A stretch of DNA of 64,000 nucleotides from an uncultured Chloroflexia bacterium (GCA_963794525.1 CAWCEC010000005.1:37471-101470); one strand, 5' to 3'. Positions 10,125 through 22,292 are shown, counted from the first letter of the stretch. Numbers and translations: made by a program. The notes: generated by a model from the letters alone, not told the origin.

Positions 10125-11026
10125 GTGGCCGTGACCGAGCTGGCCGCCACCCCCTCGACCCCGGCCGCCCCAAGCGACGCTCCGAGCGGCGTCATCGCGA
10201 CCGACGATGAGCGCTATAACGCCACGCTGATCAAGCGCCTCGACCAGCACGAGAGCCTCGCCTATTTCTGGGTGAAGTTCGACGGCGACCCGACGCCGTT
10301 CGAGCCCGGCCAGTACATGACGATCGGCGTGTTCGTCGACGGGCAAGATCGTCCAGCGACCGTATTCGGTTGCGTCGCCGCCCCATCGACGCCGGGGACA
10401 GCGGCTACGAGATGTACCTCCGGCTCGTCGCAGGGCGGGACATTCACGCCGGTGCTCTGGGACCTGCCGGTCGGCCACCGGATGCGGATGATCGGACCGA
10501 AGGGCAAGTTCATGCTCGAGCCCGAGGACGACCGGACGCACCTGTTCGTCAGCTCGGGGACCGGCAACGCACCATTCATCTCGATGATGCGCCAGGCGCT
10601 CGCCGATGGCGGGCCGCGGCGGGCCGTCTTCCTCAACGGCGTGTCACACGTGCGCGACCTGGGCTACCGCGACATCCTGGAGGGCTGGGAGGCCAGCGGG
10701 GAGTACCCGGTCCGCTACATCCCGACGGTGTCCAGGCCGAATGAGCCATCGAACGCGGATTGGATGGGCCGGACCGGGCGTGTCGAGACGATCGTGGCAC
10801 CGATCGTGGAGGAGCTCGGGCTGCGACCCGACGACACGATCGCGTACCTGTGCGGCAATCCCGACATGATCCAATCGCGCCGAGGAGACCCTCCTCGGGC
10901 TGGGCTTCGCCGGAGGACGCCGTCAAGAAGGAGCTCTACTGGCCGAAGGGCAAGGAGCCGCGCGGGGCCGCGGGCGCCGACCTGGCGGCCGCGATCGATG
11001 CCGCCGAGGCGAACGCCGACCAGTAG
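10125..11026 (+). pseudogene. Ferredoxin-NADP(+) reductase family oxidoreductase, frame broken about 3 times
   Basis: FAD/NAD motifs are spread over three frames: GQYMTIGV, (RPYSVAS), DSGYEMYLRLVAG, GTFTPVLWDL, GPKGKFML, FVSSGTGNAPF, YLCGNPDMI, then DAVKKELYWPKGKEP...ANADQ* in the 10760..11026 frame. Confidence 0.75.
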
Positions 11027-11031
11027 AGCGG

Positions 11032-13619
11032 TCAGGCCCCGGCGGTCGGCACGCCCACCAACACCTCGTCGACGATCGGGTCACCGAGCGCGCGGGCCGC
11101 GGTCACGTCTACCTGCCCGAGGATGCCGCGGGCCTTCGCGGCATGGATCGCGCAGGCGCGAAGCCAGGCTGACCGCCAGTGATCGTCGACGTCGCGATCA
11201 GGTCGCGCAGGCAGCCCTCGGGATCAGCGCTGCGCGTCATGCGGCGTCCCCAGGCGGGCAAGTCGCTCGTCGACCGGCCAGGTCCGGCTGGACGATCGGG
11301 AGGACCTGCCTCGATTCGGCCTGGACCGAGCGCGACGTCGAGCGCCTCGACCGCAAGTGCCCCGCTCGGGCTCCCGGCGCTGATCGCGATCATCGCCGGG
11401 CCGAGTCGATCGGAGCCATGACGAGCCAGTCGGCCGGTCATCACCCGCTGGCGGACGAGGTCGAACTCGTCGTCCAACGCACGACGGACCGGTCCGTCGC
11501 CCTCACGATCGTCGTCACTCGCGCCGCGCAACGCGACGAGGGCGGTGAGGATCCGGCCGGCGTGGCGTGCGTCGTCGAGCAGGACATCGTCGAGCGCGAG
11601 CGCCGTCGCGTCCGACGCCGGGCCGGGCGCGACGAGGCGCTCCATGACGATGAGCCCAAGCTCGCGATCCCGATGCCCGACGTGCCGCCGAAGCAGCGTC
11701 GTCCCGAGCGGGCTGTCGGGTCGGCGGCCGCCCGCACGAGGCGCCGCACGCGCGGCGAGGCCGGCGACCCGACCGGATCGAGCAGCTCGGCCATCGACGG
11801 GAGGACCGCGTCCCCGAGGCGCGCGATCGCGCCCTGCCGCAGCCTCCAGCGACCGCGGGTCGTCGAGCCCCGCGAGCACCGCCGCGACGGCGAACTCGTC
11901 GCCCGCCTGCACCGAGTCGAGGGCGGCACTCCGGACGGTGACGTCATCGTCGACGAGAAGAGCAGCGGCCGCCGCCCGGTCCCTCGCGTGCAGCGGTTCG
12001 AGCGCTCGGGCCGCGCGGCGCCGGATCGCGGGGTCGGGCGACGTCGCATGCGATGCGCACGTCCTCCGCCAGGCGCTGCCGAGCGTGTTCGTCGCCCGAT
12101 GCCGCAAGGGCCGCCAGCGCCGCCAGGCGGACCTCGCTGCCGCGGGTCATCGACGAGCGAGGCCAGTTCGGCGGTCGTCCGCGGCGACGACATCCTGGCC
12201 AGCAGGTCGAGACCGAGCCGCGCCGCACGCGGGTCCGTGCTGACGAGCAGCCGCACGCGCGACCTCCTCGTCCTCGTCTGTCGGCCTCGAGTGCGGCATC
12301 GGCGTCCAGCACGCGACGTCGACGCAGCGCGTCCACCAGCGCCGGACCGTAGGCCCGATACAGGAGGATCCCCGACCACGTCCAGACGAGGCACACCACC
12401 GTGGTGACAGCGATCGTCGCGGCCAGCGCGATAGGCAGCGCATCGAGCACGAGGATGAGCACACCCGAGATGCCGATCGCGACCGGGACCCCGATCCCCT
12501 CGACAGCGGCCTGGACGGACAGGCGGAGGCGCGTCCGGGATCACCTGGTACGTCGCGTTGATCGAGGTGCGGGTGGTCCCATCCGTCAGGGCGATGTCGG
12601 CGATGCGAGCCGCCGAGACGATCGCCAGGAGGGCCAGCGAGCCCCCGCCCGCGACGGCGTAGACCGCGATCATGGCGACAGCGAGGACCGTGAGCACGAC
12701 CGGGTTGGTCGTGATCCCGAGCCGGAGGCCGTAGCGACGAAGCAGGGGCCCCGCCAGCAGGAACAGGAACGCGATGCTCACGATGTTCATCACCGCCGTG
12801 TAGCCCGCGAGGAATCGCGCCAGTGCCGCCGGATCCGGGTACTGCGCGCTCGCGCGGTCGAAGACCAGGAAGTCGGCCAGCTGGCTGGCGAGTGCGGACA
12901 GGACCTGGTAGGCGAGCAGCGATCCCAGGAAGCGCGTCCCGAACAGCCGCCGCATCGACGGCCGGGACGAGGAGTCGTCCTCCTCTGCCAGCGTCGGAGC
13001 CCGGCGCCGGGCCGGAGTCGGGTTCGCGGAGCAGCGACGCGAAGCGGCGGGCGGTCGCCCACACGAGCGCGGCGAACGCGGCCTGGGCGATCGCGGTCGC
13101 GAGGAGCAGCGACTCCGTCCGGCCGAGCCAGGTCACCAGCCACCCGCCGAGCAAGCCGCCGGCCACGGCTCCGACGGGGAACCCCGCCATGATCCGCGGG
13201 AAATAGGCCTTGATCCCGGCGATGTCGAGCAGCCGGCCGCCCTGCGCGCCGATGAACACGAACCCGAGCTGGATGAGGATCGGGAACAGCACCAGCAAGC
13301 GGCACCGAGACCCATGCGCCGTCCCCGCCGGCGGCGATGACCCAGGCCAGCGCCGATGGCGGCGGCCGACCCGCCGAGGACGACGAGCGCGATGTGCAGA
13401 TAGCCGACGGTCCGGGCGCTGCGGGCGACCGCTCCCGACACGCACGATCCCGGCGACCCCGATCGCGATGTACGTGACGGGAAGCCAGTTCGAGCCGTAC
13501 GCGTCGAGGAAGAGCGCATTCGCGACGATGCCCAGCAGCGCGGCCATCACGCCGAAGACCACCGCCTGGGCGGTCAGCCAATGGACGGCCCCGCCGGCTG
13601 ATCGGCCAGCGCTCGTCAC
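11032..13619 (-). pseudogene. MFS-type (Npt1/Npt2-like) transporter fused to a HEAT-repeat domain, many frame breaks
   Basis: TM-rich N-terminal half is pieced from frames 12147..13619, 13133..13519, 12790..13833 and 11441..12955. HEAT-like repeats (RLAALAALAASGDEHA, VRSAALDSV) follow. The true C-terminus ...AIHAAKARGILGQVDVTAARALGDPIVDEVLVGVPTAGA* ends at 11032. Confidence 0.7.
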
Positions 13620-15802
13620 GCGGGAGTGGTGTCCGCCCGGGAGCCGGCGCGCTCGCGCACCATCGTGACGAGAGCGACGATGATCCCGTGGGCGAGGGCC
13701 GGGCGATCGGCGAGCAGTTCGTCGAGGACCGGCTTGTCGATCCGCAGCAGGGTCGTTGGCTCGATGGCCGTGACGGAAGCCAGGCGCGGCTCCGGGACGA
13801 GGGCGGCCAGCTCGCCGACGGTCGCGCCAGCACCGAGCGTGGTCACGTCGCGGTCACCGTGATGGACGCGGAGTCGACCCCGCACGACCGTGAACAGGTG
13901 GTCCTCGACCTCGCCCTCGACGATGACCGGCGTACCCGGCGCGACCTCGAGCTCGGTCGCGCGCCGGGCGACAGCGGCGAGGGTCCGGCCTGGGACGTCG
14001 GCGAACAGCTCGACGCCGTGGAGCGCGACGACGCGCTCGACGGTGGTCATCGTCATGCCAAGGCGGCTCTGCGAGTGGAGGCGGGCAGCCAGCTCATCGA
14101 CAGGCAGCGGTCGGAGCCATGCCTTCGCGTAGAGCTCGCCGGGGATCATGATCACGTCGACTTCTCGTTCCGCGACGATCTCGCTGTTGCGTTCGGCTCG
14201 ACGGATGACGCCTGTCGTGCCCGACGGGCATCCACTCGTGCAGCGGGGATGGGGCATAGCCGCCGTCGGGTCGGACGACCAGCCCGGGACCGGTCGGGAC
14301 GTAGACGAAGGACGGCGGCGACCCGCGGGCGACGAGGACCTCGCCCGGCGCGACGGTCGCGCGGCCGACTTCGGCGAACGCCACCGCTCGATCGAGCGCC
14401 GCCGCGTACACGCCGTGGTCGGCCATCCGCCGGATCACCTCGTCCGCCTCGGGGCCGAACGCGTCCACCGGCTCGGCCGCGTAGAACCGCCGGCGCTCGT
14501 CCGGTGCTGCTCCCTCGACGTTGGCGACCGCGACCAGCCGACGAAGCGAGCGACGGGTCCCGATCGGCCACCAGGTCGGCGACCTCGTCGGCGAATGCCC
14601 GGGCGGTCGTCCGGGCGCTCGAGCTGGATCTGCACGTCATCGATGGCAGCGGCTCGGTGACACCACGCCACCGCCCGACGGCCGGACCGCCGAAGGTCGG
14701 GATGACGTCCGCCACGATGTCCACGACGACACCCGCGACACTCGCGGCCGCGCGACGAGCGGCCGCCGTCACTGCCAAAGGCGCCGCGGTGGAACGCGAT
14801 GCGCAGGTCCCCGCGCGGTGTGACGAACGCGACCCGGATGTTCGCCTCGCCGGCGCCGCGCTCATCGTCGTAGGCGATCACGAAGGCTGCATCGCCGGCG
14901 GCGGATCGCATCGTGCACACGGCACGTGCGGTCTCGGCGTCCATGCATAGTTCGAAGCCGCCGGAGGTGCGCAGGACGGTTCCCCGCTGTCGCAGCACGT
15001 CCGCCGCCCGCAGCGCCCGCATCGTGTCCAACACGTCGTCCGCGAGCTCGGCCTCGGGCCCGGACGACGCGCCGAGCCACGCATACGACTGCGACGGGTC
15101 GTCATAGACGCCCGCTACGCCGCTGGATGGGAGCGGCCGGGTGTCGTCGGCCGACGGCAGCCGCCCGTTCGCGCGATGCTCGTCGAGCTCGCTGAAGACG
15201 ATCCGCTGCATGAGCCGACGCAGCGCCACCCGGTCATCAAGGACGGCCGCAGGCACGGCCGACTTGCTGTGGGTGACCGTCATGCTGAGCATCTCCCGGA
15301 CGACGATCTCCAGCGGAACGGTCGATCGGCCCCGTTGGCGGCGACCTCGTCCAGGCGCTCCCGCACAGGACCAGGTGCCAGGAGGTGGTCGACGAGCGGG
15401 TCGATGTCGGGGCCGAACGCCGCGTGCGCTGCGAACACTGGATGCATGCGCCGCCCCAGCGGCGTCATGTCGACCATGCCGATGTCGTGGAGGTAGGCGG
15501 CCGCGACGCCCAAGGCCTCGAGGAAGCGGCGGCGGGGCGCCGGACGACCCGGGATCAGGACCCCATCGATCGTGTCCAGCAGTCGGACCAGACCGATGGC
15601 GACGTCACGGGCGTGGACCACGCCGTGGTCGGCGAAGATCGCGGGATGGGTCCCCGGGTCGGCGAGGAAGGCGGGGTCGCTGCACAGGGCCTCAAGCGAG
15701 GCCTGCGCCTCGATGGGCCGCCAGAACCGTTCCTCGAGATACGTCCGGACGGGAGCGCGGCAGCTGCGCGTCGAGCACCATCCAGCGACCCGCCTCCTCC
15801 AT
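13616..15802 (-). pseudogene. HD-domain protein with two C-terminal cyclic-nucleotide-binding (CAP_ED-like) domains, frame broken at least 4 times
   Basis: HD signature (FADHGVVHARDVA ... AAAYLHDIGM) lies in 15280..15813. cNMP-like blocks (APGEVLVARGSPPSFVYVP; VIVEGEVEDHLFTVVRGRLRV...GAGATVGELAAL...RLASVTAIEPTTLLRI) lie in 14094..14468 and 13616..14257. The stop overlaps the next gene's start. Confidence 0.65.
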
Positions 15803-15912
15803 GGCGCGCACACTATCGGCCGCGGGTGCGCGGCGCAATGGGTCGTGGCCGCCAGCGGCCGCCGAGGCGAACGCCGACCACTAGGCCGACGTTCGCCTGT
15901 GCAGCGAGCTGA

Positions 15913-17183
15913 TCAGGGCGCGAGGCGCTGCCAGGTCGCGGACGTCGATGTCGGGACCGACCAATCCATCTGGTCCCCATCGCCGGTCGCGACGTCGAAC
16001 AGCCAGGTCGTCCCGTCGTCCTTGTAGGTCGCCAGGATCTTCGTGCCGTCGGGCGAGAAGACCACGGACGCGCCATCCGTCATGTCGGGGTGCGCCGCAC
16101 CCATCGGCACCGGCGGACTCTTGCCATCGATCGATAAGAGGGTCAAGTCGATAGCCATCCGCCGCGGAACGATGCACGACGAACGTCTTTCCGTCGGGCG
16201 AGAAGATCGGACTCAGATCGGTGAATTCGAAGTCGGGAGCGAAATCGACGCCGCCCTCGATCCCCGTATCGATATCGATGATATGGGTCCGCCCCTCGGC
16301 GATGCCGGTCTCCCATGTGGAGTAGGCGAGCTTCGAGCCATCCGGCGAGAGGGTCGGGGTGTTGATGACAGTGGACCCGATGGCGATCGGCTTCAGACCC
16401 GTTCCATCCGATCGCACGAGATAGAACCCCTGCTGGAGGGAGCCGGCAGGGATCCCGCCGTGCGTGGTGATGACGAGTTGGTCGCTGTTCGGTCGCCACA
16501 CAGCGTTGGCGATGTCGAGCTCGAGCTGGAACGTCGTGGTCGAGCCGTCGGAGGCATCCATGATCGTGACCTGCCCTGATGGGTCGCCGCTTCGCGAGAG
16601 GGCGAACCGGTCCCCCGTGGGTGACCAGTCGAACCAGGTGATCTCCGGCCCCGGCCCGGCGACCTGATGGAGGTCGGTTCCGTCGGCGTTCGCAACGAAT
16701 AGCGCAGCTGGACTGCCGGGCGTTCGCCGGTCGAACGCGAAGCGAGTGCCGTCATTCGAGAACCACGGATTCGAGTCGAGCTCCGGACTATCGATCAGCG
16801 TCGTCGTCGCGCCGGTCCGCGGATCGGCAGTGACGATCTGGCCATCGGCGGTGCTGAACACGATCGAGCCGTTGCCTGCGAGGCCGAAGGGCTCCGGCAG
16901 ACGTGGCGTCGAGCCGACGATGAGGGCGGCGCCGACCAGGGCAGCCAGAAGGATGGCGAGGGTCGCGAGGATGACGATCGCGCGCCATGGAAGCGGGCGC
17001 ATCGGCTGAGTGCGGGCGAGGACGCCCATCGGGATCCACCTTTCAAGGGACGCCCAGGCGGGCCGCTGCCGTGTGCGGGCGGTCTGCTCGGAGCATGTCG
17101 TCGAAGTAGTCGGGGACCCGGGCCGGCGAGAGCTCAGTCATGAGCTCCGGCATTTCGCGCTCGAAACGCTCGAAGGTCGTCAT
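15913..17183 (-). pseudogene. ECF-sigma-associated membrane protein with periplasmic TolB-like (PD40) beta-propeller, 2 frame breaks
   Basis: The ATG overlaps the sigma gene stop (ATGA). N-terminal cytoplasmic segment MTTFERFEREMPEL...RPAWASLERWIPM, one TM helix (WRAIVILATLAILLAALVGAALIV), and repeated FSxDG/SPDG motifs. Frame switches lie near 17065 and 16150. Confidence 0.7.
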
Positions 17184-17740
17184 GCGAACTGTCCCTTCGG
17201 CACCGGTGCGTGGTCTGGATCGATATCGGCCAGCGTGGAACGCATGAGCCCCATCGACCGGTGGAGACGCGACTTCGCGGTACCGAGTGGGATCCCCAGC
17301 GTGCTGGCGATCTCTGGCACCTCGAGGTCGAAGTAGTAGCGAAGCACGACGACCGCACGCTGATCGGGCGGCAGTCGCCGGAGGATCTCGTCGAGCAGGT
17401 CACGGTTTGCGGTCACGACCGAGACATCGCCGACCGATGGGCCATCCATCGGTGTCAGCTCGACCTCGATCGGCCGCCGGCCGCGCCGGCGCAGGATGTC
17501 GATGCACGAGCGGGCCACGAGGCTGCGCAGCCATCCCTCGAAGCGATCCGGATCGCGGAGTGACGGCAGGCCACGCCAGGCCCGGATGAAGCCGTCCTGG
17601 ACCGCGTCTCGCGCGAGATCGTGGTCCCGGAGGATCAGGCGGGCCGCCGCATCCAGCCGCGCGACGAACAGGCCGGCCAGGACCGCGAAGGCGTCATGAT
17701 CGCCTCGCTGCGCCCGCTCGACGAGTTCTCGCTGGTCCAC
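17180..17740 (-). CDS. ECF-type RNA polymerase sigma-70 factor
   Basis: Region 2 (ELVERAQRGDHDAFAVL, DAVQDGFIRAWRGL) and region 4 HTH (VVVLRYYFDLEVPEIASTLGIPLGTAKSRLHR). GTG at 17740 is chosen as the start; the longer ORF N-terminus looks non-coding. Confidence 0.85.
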   Translation of the reverse strand: MDQRELVERAQRGDHDAFAVLAGLFVARLDAAARLILRDHDLARDAVQDGFIRAWRGLPSLRDPDRFEGWLRSLVARSCIDILRRRGRRPIEVELTPMDGPSVGDVSVVTANRDLLDEILRRLPPDQRAVVVLRYYFDLEVPEIASTLGIPLGTAKSRLHRSMGLMRSTLADIDPDHAPVPKGQFA

Positions 17741-17986
17741 GGCCCACCGGACTAGAGTCGGCGCGGCGATTTCGTCGCGCTCAGATGGTAGTCGTCGGCG
17801 GGGTGCCCAAACGTTCCATCGACCGCTTGAAATGTCGTCGCCAGCCGCGACGCGCTTGCCGTCGCTGCGCTGCAGCCCTGGCCGGCGCACGGTGCACCCA
17901 TGGTCATCACGGCCAGGTCCGCCCATGCCCGGCGGGCCTCGGAGGGTGCCCCACCATCCGGCCCGACCGGGGCTGATGTGGACCCC

Positions 17987-20287
17987 ATGCGACCGACGCG
18001 CGTCGTCGCCCACGGTGGGTACACGGTGCTCGTCTGCCGCACCGACGGCTCGATCGAGGGGCCGGACACGGGCCTGTACGACCTTGACACCCGCATCCTG
18101 TCGCGCTATTCGCTACGGCTCGACGGAGCACGACCCCCAGGGCGATCGGGTCGTGCGTCGCGATCGCCGATCGGTGGGCCTCCACGCTTCACATCCCCCG
18201 TCCGGGCGGCGATCCGGAAGGACCGGCACTCCCTCAGGACGCGTGGGCCATCCATGTCGAGCGCACGATCGGTTGCGGCATGGCCGAGACCATCACGGTG
18301 CGCAACGAGTCGATGGTGGCCGCAGGCGGACGCCTGACCATCGATCTCGACGGCGACTTCCGCGACGTCCTCCGGTCGCCGGCCGGCAGTCCCGAGCCGG
18401 ACATCGAGGTCCGCTGGGAGGAGAGCTCGGCTCGGCTCGAGTGGATCGCCACGTATCGACACGCGGACCGCGAGGACATCCGCGGGCTGGCGGTCACAGT
18501 CGACCCGGCACCGAGCGACCTGGAGGCGGCCGAGACGGACGCCCCACACGCCCGACGGCTGGCGTTCGACCTCGAGCTCGAACCGCACGGCGAGCGGAGC
18601 ATCCAGCTCACATTCGCGTCCCTCGTGGACGGCGCCTGGCGGCAGCCGGCGGACGCGCGGCAGCTCGCCCGGAGCTGGCGGAGCGGTGGCGGACCATCCG
18701 GACGAGCGTCGTGACGTCGGAGGCTCTCGTCGGGCCTGCCGTCGAACGCGCGGCGGACGACCTGCTCGCGCTCCGCGCCTGGGAGCTCGAACCGTCCGAC
18801 GACGGCTCGGCGTGGGTGGTCAACGCCGGCGTCCCGTCCTTTACCGGGTTCTTCGGGCGGGATGCGATCACCGCAGGCTGGCAGGCGGCGATGCTCGGCC
18901 TGGAGCCGCTCCGCGGCGCGCTCGAGGTCGCCGCCCGACCCAGGGACAGCGCGTGGACCGTGGACCGAGGAGGAGCCGGGCCGGATGGTCCACGAGATGC
19001 GGCGTGGGCCGCTGGCGATGCTCGGCATTACGCCCACATCGCGCGTACTACGGGTCACAGACCACAGGCTCGATGTTCCTGCTCGGGCTGAGCGAGCTGT
19101 GGCACTGGACCGGCGACGACGACCTGCTGCGGCGACATCGCGATGCGGCGATGCGCACGATCGAGTGGGCGGAGACGTACGGCGATCCGGACCGGGATGG
19201 CTTCCTCGAATACCGGCGGCAGTCGCCGGACGGCCTGAAGAACCAGGGCTGGAAGGACTCGGACGAGGCGATCCGCTACCCGGACGGTCGGATCGTGGAG
19301 AACCCCATCTCGACGCTCGAGGAGCAGGCGTTCCACTACATGGCGCTCCAGCGCATGGCGGAAGTGCTGGTGGCACTCGACGAGCCGGCCGATCGCGCCG
19401 ACGCGCTGTTGCATCGGGCGTCGAGCTGCGCGCCGCGTGGCATGACGCCTTCTGGATGCCGCGACGAGGGGTTCTACGCGCTCGCGCTCGATCCGGACGA
19501 GCGGCCGGTCGCGACGATCGCCTCGAATGTCGGTCATGCGCTGGGCGTCGGGATCGTGCCGCCTGAGCACGCAGCGCGCAGTGGCCGATCGGCTGCTTGC
19601 CGACGACCTCTTCTCGCGGCTGGGGCATCCGGACACTGTCGAGCGAGCACCCCGCATACAACCCGTTCGCCTACCACCTCGGCGCGGTGTGGCCGGTCGA
19701 GAACGCCACGATCGCACTCGGCTTCAAGCGGTACGGCCTCGACGGGCACCTCGACCAGCTGCTCGACGGGATGTTCGCCGCGATCGCACAGTGCCGCGGG
19801 CTCAGGCTCCCTGAGGCGCTGACCGGCCACGACCGCGAGCGTGGTCCCGACCCGCTGCCCTACCCCGGATCGCAGAGCCCGCAGGCATGGTCGGCCAGCG
19901 CCACCGTCCAGTTCCTCCAGGTGATGCTCGGGCTGTACCCGTTCGCACCGGCGGGCGTCCTGGGGCTCGTCCGGCCACGGTTGCCCGCGTGGCTCCCGAC
20001 CGTGACCCTGCGTGGGCTGCGCGTCGGTCAGGCCACGATCACGCTGCGCTTCGAGCGCGACGCCGATGGCTCGGCGCGGCACTCGGTCATCGACCAGGTG
20101 GGCCGATTGCACATCCTCGAGGTCCCACCGCCCGACGCGATCGCGGGTGATGACGGCGTCGTGCCCCGACTGCTCGCCTGGGCAGTCGATCACGTCCCCG
20201 GGTCGGGCCGCCCGGGCACTGCGGATCGCGATGGGCGACCGGGGAGCAGTCGCCGACCCGACCGAGTCGGAAGGAGCCGGATCATGA
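17987..20287 (+). pseudogene. Amylo-alpha-1,6-glucosidase / glycogen-debranching-enzyme family protein, at least 8 frame breaks
   Basis: Pieces in frames 17900, 18280, 17832, 18862, 18686, 19527 and 19597 read through as one GDE-like protein (GVPSFTGFFGRDA, YYGSQTTGSMFL, KNQGWKDSDEAI, STLEEQAF, GWGIRTLSSEHPAYNPFAYHLGAVWPVEN, QAWSASA). Confidence 0.75.
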
Positions 20288-21319
20288 GCGTCGTCGTCAT
20301 CACCGGGGCCGGCGCAGGCGTCGGACGCGCGACGGCCCGAGCCTTCGCGGAACGCGGCTATGACGTCGGGCTCATCGCCCGCGACGCCACGCGCCTCTCC
20401 GCCGCGGCCGATGAGGTGGCGGCGCTCGGCAGACGGGCGCTGGTCCTGCCGCTCGACGTGGCCGATGCGGCAGCCGTCGAGGCCGCCGCCGACCGGGCGG
20501 AGGCCGAGCTCGGGCCGATCGACGTCTGGGTGAACGGCGCGATGACGACGCTGTTCGCGCCCGATCGACCAGCTCACGAGCGAGGAGATCAAGCGTGTGA
20601 CCGACGTCACCTACCTGGGCACCGTCTACGGCACACAGGCGGCGTTGCGCCGGATGCGGCTGCGTGACCGGGGCGTGATCGTCCAGATCGGCTCGGGACT
20701 GGCGTATCGCAGCGTCCCGCTGCAGTCGGCCTATTGCGCGGCCAAGTCGGCGGCCCGCGGCTTCACCGACGCGCTGCGCTGCGAGCTGCTCCACGACCGC
20801 AGCAACGTCAAGGTCACGATGGTCCACCTCCCGGCTGTGAACACCCCGCAGTTCAGCTGGGTGCGCAGCCGGCTTCCCCGAGCGATGCAACCGCTGCCAC
20901 CGGTCTATCAGCCGGAGGTCGCCGCGCGGGCGATCGTCTGGATGGCCGAGCATCCGCGGCGCGAGCTGCTCGTCGGTTGGCCGACGCTGCTGGGCGTGCT
21001 CGGCCAGCGCCTGGCACCGGGATTGATGGATCGCTACCTCGCCACGCGTGCCTGGGAGGGACAGCAGTCCGACGACCCGGCGCGACCCGGCACGCCCGAC
21101 AACCTCGAGGATCCGGTGGCAGCCGACGTCGGCGCCCACGGCGCCTTCGACGACATGGCGTCCGAGGTGAGCCCGCTGTTGTGGGCCGACATGCACCGCG
21201 AGGTCGTGGCGGGCGCCGCGCTCGGGCTGACTGTTCTGCTCGTCGGTGCCGCGAGATCGCTCCGCCGCACTGACCGGTTTACCGCAACGCTGACCGGTTG
21301 GCGTGCGAGGGCGCGGTAG
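20284..21319 (+). CDS. Short-chain dehydrogenase/reductase (one frameshift near 20565)
   Basis: GGAAGGAG RBS followed by [18 protein letters not shown] (TGxxxGxG). It continues in frame 20597..21319 with the SAYCAAK (YxxxK) catalytic motif and a C-terminal TM-like tail. Confidence 0.8.
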
Positions 21320-22292
21320 CCGGTGGTCGAGGCCTCGGTAGTGGGCCGCCAGCGGGTCCTCGCCCCAGTCGTTGGCGAGGTCGCGCCAGACAGCATGGAT
21401 ATGGTTCGCGCCGTTCTGGGTGTTGTCGTATTCGATGAGCAGGACGCGGTCCGCGAACGGCGTAGTAGTGGCCCGCGACCCGGCTCGGCCGGACCGGCCC
21501 ACGCGAACGTCAGTAAACCGGCCCGGCGTCCGCGACCCGCTCCCAGGCCGCGGCGGCGACGTCGTCGTGGCGCCCGCCCGAGGTAGTGCCGGATGAACCG
21601 TTCGAGGGCCGCCCTGCCGGTCGGGTCCAGGTCGGCGTGACGAATCCCGGTCGGCGATCGAGTCGAAGGTCGGCCCGGGCGCCGTTGCCGCTCAGGATGT
21701 CGGGCGGCGCGACGGGGTCGACGATGGCGACCGTGCGCAGCCTCGGGCGTGAGGCTCGCAAGCAGCGCCCGCGCCAGGGTCTCCTCGCCTGTCAGCGCTC
21801 GTGTCCGGCGGGCGGGCCGCCGGGCACCACCGCCGGGTTGGCGCCGAGGAACGACGGTGTCCTGCCGACCACGCGCCGTCGGCGACCGTCGAAGTGCACG
21901 TGACGTGATGGCCACCGACCCGCCATGACCATGGCCCGGCGCCGGACGGGTCGCCGAACACCGCGAACCAGTACAGCTCGGGGTCGCGGCGCCGCCAGTT
22001 CGCCCGGCCGGCAGCGCGCTCCAGCACCCCGAGGACCGTCTCGAGCGCGATGATCGCCCGGACCTCCGCGCGCCGCGCTCGCTCATCGCTGCGGTCACGA
22101 CGTCCAGCGCCGCCGGCGCGCTGGGTGCGGTCATGTCGCGCGAGCGAGAGGCCTGCCGGTCGCCCGGGGTGTACGCCCAGACGTAGCGCTCGTCGACCTC
22201 GAACGGGAAGACGCTCGATCGCGCTGTCCAGCATCGAGCGTGGCCAGCCACGCCCCGACGGACCGCCGCGTCGACCTCGTCGCGGCGGTCAT
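21320..22292 (-). pseudogene. DUF3500 family protein, at least 4 frame breaks; 3' end uncertain
   Basis: The ATG overlaps the glyQS stop (ATGA). Sequence MTAATRSTRRSVGAWLATLDAGQRDRASFPFEVDERYVWAY, then [39 protein letters not shown] and [36 protein letters not shown]. No in-frame stop lies near the expected end. Confidence 0.6.

Noticed and set aside
10125-12407. A 760-aa ORF that looks like one large protein.
   Set aside because: Only the first ~300 codons are ferredoxin-NADP reductase, and even those are frameshifted. The true 3' end is in another frame at 11026. The remainder is an Arg/Pro-rich antisense read-through of the MFS-HEAT gene.
20372-21502. A 376-aa minus-strand ORF as a single gene.
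   Set aside because: It is chimeric. Only its first ~50 codons ([36 protein letters not shown]) belong to the DUF3500 gene, and the rest is an antisense read-through of the SDR gene.
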